64,000 nt of DNA, taken from a bacterium OM1 bin76. Lineage in GTDB: Bacteria; Actinomycetota; Acidimicrobiia; Spongiisociales; ZC4RG35. The notes under the pieces are model-generated. The model was not told the origin of the DNA, did no database searches, and saw only the letters and a list, made by a program, of their open reading frames with translations. Positions within the stretch are counted from its first letter, which is position 1; each line of letters starts with the position of its first letter. Positions 61,535-64,000 of the stretch are shown piece after piece. The position numbers were made by a program, and so were the translations under genes. Location: positions 15,583 through 79,582 of the forward strand of contig MPNA01000007.1 in NCBI GenBank assembly GCA_002238785.1, read 5' to 3'.

Positions 61535-62409
61535 TGACGGGAAGCGGGGCAAACCGGTTTCAGACTGGTGTGGCCAAACGCTTGTACCGCTGGTTGTGGC
61601 GGGGTCTGGGCGGGGCGTTCGTCTGGTTGTGGGTGGCCTTCAGCCTTGGGATCCTCGCTTGGATCATCCTGGCGGCCTTCAAGCGGAACGACACGGTATT
61701 CGCCGATCTGTGGTCTCTGCCCGACAGCATCGAGGGAGAGAATTTCAGTGACGCCTGGGGACTCCTCAATCTCGCACGGACGTCTTTCAACAGCGTTCTG
61801 ACTGTCGGCGGGGGTACCTTCCTGACCATGGCGGTCTCCGCGCCGGCCGCCTATGCGCTAGCCAGAATGGGCTTTCGGGGGGCAGGTGGTTTGACGGCCT
61901 TTTTTGCATTTGGCATAGGCGTACCGGTGCACTCCATAGTGATCCCGCTGTTCCTCGGGCTCTCGGAAGTTGGGCTGTCCAACAGCCTGACGGGCCTCAC
62001 CATCGCCTATGTGGGAGTCTCCATTCCCTTCGCGGTGTTTCTCATGACCGGATTCTTCCGATCTCTGCCGACCGAATTGGAGGAGGCGGCAACCATGGAA
62101 GGCGCCAAACCGGTTCGGGTCTTCTTCTCCGTGATGCTCCCGCTGGCCAAGCCCGGAATGGTCGCCACCTCGCTAATAGTGGCAGTTGGGCTCTGGAACG
62201 AGTTCTTATTGGCATTGACCCTGACGTTCGACGAGGCGAAACGAACCATTGGTATTGGATTGCTGAACACGTTCGGGGCCATGAGGTACACGTCCAACTG
62301 GGTGGGACTCTTCGCGGCGGTGGTGATAATGATCGTGCCGATGACCGTCCTCTATACGTGGATGTCCCGTCGGATAATTGAAGGTTTGACGGTTGGAGCA
62401 ACGAGGTAG
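61534..62409 (+). CDS. ABC transporter permease (MalG/UgpE-type)
   Basis: ...LEEAATMEGAKPVRVFFSVMLPLAKPG... (EAA motif). 291 aa. Confidence 0.8.
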   Translation: MTGSGANRFQTGVAKRLYRWLWRGLGGAFVWLWVAFSLGILAWIILAAFKRNDTVFADLWSLPDSIEGENFSDAWGLLNLARTSFNSVLTVGGGTFLTMAVSAPAAYALARMGFRGAGGLTAFFAFGIGVPVHSIVIPLFLGLSEVGLSNSLTGLTIAYVGVSIPFAVFLMTGFFRSLPTELEEAATMEGAKPVRVFFSVMLPLAKPGMVATSLIVAVGLWNEFLLALTLTFDEAKRTIGIGLLNTFGAMRYTSNWVGLFAAVVIMIVPMTVLYTWMSRRIIEGLTVGATR

Positions 62410-62412
62410 GAA

Positions 62413-63507
62413 ATGGCATCAATCTCTTTTGACAAGGTCACCAAGCGTTTCCCGGGCAGCGAAGTCAAGGCGCTCTCATCTGTCAGCTTTGACATAGGAG
62501 ATGGAGAATTCGTCGTGTTGGTCGGTCCGAGCGGATGCGGCAAGACGACGCTCCTGCGAATAGTGGCCGGGCTGGAGTCAGCCACCGAAGGGCGGGTCCT
62601 GATCGACGGGAAGGACATCTCAAGAGTGCCGCCGGGGGACCGCAACATTGCCATGGTATTCCAGAATTACGCGCTCTTTCCCCACTTGACGGTGGAACAC
62701 AACATCGGCTTTGGACTGCGCATCCGGGGCGTTCCCAAAGCCGAACGGAAAAGGAAGGTCCGGGAGGCGGCCGAGCTGTTGGAACTCGACCAATACCTGG
62801 ATCGCCGACCGGGCGAACTTTCCGGAGGGCAGCGCCAGAGAGTGGCCATGGGCCGGGCCATCGTGCGTAGACCGGCGGCGTTCCTGATGGATGAGCCACT
62901 CTCCAATCTCGACGCGAAGCTCCGCGTCGAGATGCGGGCGGAGATATCGCGCCTGCAGCGAAGACTGGGAGCGACGATGGTCTATGTCACCCACGACCAG
63001 ACAGAAGCAATGACCATGGGTGATCGGGTGGCGGTACTCGACCAAGGGCTGGTTCAGCAAGTGGCGCCTCCGGTCGAGTTGTACCAAAACCCCGCCAATG
63101 TCTTCGTCGGTGGGTTCATCGGTGCTCCCAGGATGAATCTTCTACGCGGGACCTGCCGGGGCGGTACCCTTCGCATAGGGGATAGACCCGTCCGGCAGAA
63201 GGCCCCAAATATGGGGGACGGCGAGGTGTTGATAGGCGCCAGGCCCGAAGACGTGGAACTCGTATCTCCCGAGAGTGAGGCTGCAGTGCTGACCGGCAGG
63301 GTCGCCTTGGTGGAACACCTTGGCAAGGAAACGCATGTTCATCTCGACATCGACGAGTCGCTGACTCTACCGGACGGCGGCAACATTGTGGCCACCAGCG
63401 CTCCGCTCGCCGTGCCGCAGGAAGGAGCTGTCGTAGGGATAGGAATTGACCTCCATCTAACGCACTTCTTTGCTGCTGACTCCGGCCTCTCGATGCGTGC
63501 TCACTAG
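62413..63507 (+). CDS. ABC transporter ATP-binding protein (MalK/UgpC/MsmX-type)
   Basis: GPSGCGKTT (Walker A), LSGGQRQRVAMGRA (signature), FLMDEPLSNLD (Walker B), C-terminal TOBE-like domain. Confidence 0.9.
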   Translation: MASISFDKVTKRFPGSEVKALSSVSFDIGDGEFVVLVGPSGCGKTTLLRIVAGLESATEGRVLIDGKDISRVPPGDRNIAMVFQNYALFPHLTVEHNIGFGLRIRGVPKAERKRKVREAAELLELDQYLDRRPGELSGGQRQRVAMGRAIVRRPAAFLMDEPLSNLDAKLRVEMRAEISRLQRRLGATMVYVTHDQTEAMTMGDRVAVLDQGLVQQVAPPVELYQNPANVFVGGFIGAPRMNLLRGTCRGGTLRIGDRPVRQKAPNMGDGEVLIGARPEDVELVSPESEAAVLTGRVALVEHLGKETHVHLDIDESLTLPDGGNIVATSAPLAVPQEGAVVGIGIDLHLTHFFAADSGLSMRAH

Positions 63508-63582
63508 CCATCAGACAGGCTGGCGGCAGTGTCGGGCTGGGCTATGGAAGGGGCGGGTCGCCGCCGCTCGCCAAGCAGGTGA

Positions 63583-64000
63583 ATGGTGGACGGTTCTGAA
63601 GCTCTAACATCTGCCGACGGTGCCATCGGGATCGACGTGGGAGGCACGGCGATCAAGGGACTGGTGGCCAGCGCCGGGTCCGTCCTGGTCTCAACGGCGC
63701 AAGAGCCCACAGGCCCCGAGGCGCACGGCCGCCAAATCCTCGACGACGTGATTCGACTCGCCAAGAACTTGGTGGAAGCCGCCAAACGGGCGGAAGTGGC
63801 CGTGAAAGCCGTGGGGATAGGTATCCCCGGCGCCGTTGACGCCGAGGCCGGGGTGGGTAAGGCCTCCGCCAATCTGTTGTGGAAGGACTTCCCGGTTGGG
63901 AAAACCGTTGGGCGCCACCTGGATCTGCCGGTTTTCGTCGAACAGGACGTCTACCTCGGAGCCCTGGCGGAGTTCACAATGGGAGCGGCCCGCAACGACC
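63583..64000 (+). CDS. ROK-family sugar kinase/regulator (partial, runs off the window)
   Basis: MVDGSEALTSADGAIGIDVGGTAIKGLV (ROK N-terminal ATPase motif), ...AVGIGIPGAVD... Continues beyond 64000. Confidence 0.7.
   Translation, partial: MVDGSEALTSADGAIGIDVGGTAIKGLVASAGSVLVSTAQEPTGPEAHGRQILDDVIRLAKNLVEAAKRAEVAVKAVGIGIPGAVDAEAGVGKASANLLWKDFPVGKTVGRHLDLPVFVEQDVYLGALAEFTMGAARND

Overview
This is a high-GC Actinomycetota-type chromosomal segment, with gene order (recG-rsmD-coaD-YceD-rpmF-plsX-rnc-mutM-smc-ftsY) typical of actinobacteria. Read from the translated ORFs, it falls into three parts. (1) Positions 1-11.4 kb: a horizontally acquired island that ends at a tRNA-Sec (selC-like, anticodon UCA) gene. 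It holds a nested graveyard of transposase pseudogenes (ISL3-, IS1634-, IS3- and IS1380/IS4-like), a frameshifted HepT/DUF86 toxin remnant, and a visibly AT-richer seven-gene minus-strand operon at 4.4-10.5 kb. The operon encodes a carrier-protein-like small protein, an XRE HTH regulator, an ImmA/IrrE (CapP-like) metallopeptidase, two divergent thymidylate-synthase-fold paralogues, a dTMP-kinase-like P-loop kinase fused to a ~340-aa uncharacterised domain, and a membrane-anchored dCTP-deaminase/dUTPase-fold protein with the catalytic Glu replaced by Ala. This is the candidate novel system. It looks like a DNA-damage-regulated pyrimidine-nucleotide modification or nucleotide-pool-manipulating cassette, either a phage-like DNA base hypermodification pathway or an anti-phage defence system. 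(2) Positions 11.5-55.7 kb: core housekeeping genes. These are an Oxidored_molyb-domain protein, an HNH/DUF222 protein, recO, uppS, glyQS, dnaG, a sigma-70 factor, amt (frameshifted in a poly-C tract), etfAB, a upp-ATL-deoB-deoA-punA nucleoside salvage operon, ppc, rpmB, recG, rsmD, coaD, rpmF, plsX, rnc, mutM, smc, a low-GC insert with two tandem DUF488 genes, ftsY, cdd, glyA and the complete F1Fo ATP synthase operon. (3) Positions 55.7-64 kb: an IS3 remnant followed by a DeoR/PfkB-kinase/SIS-isomerase/ABC-transporter/ROK-kinase sugar or ketosamine utilisation locus. No rRNA genes or CRISPR arrays were seen. Many long antisense ORFs in the track are high-GC artefacts and were rejected.
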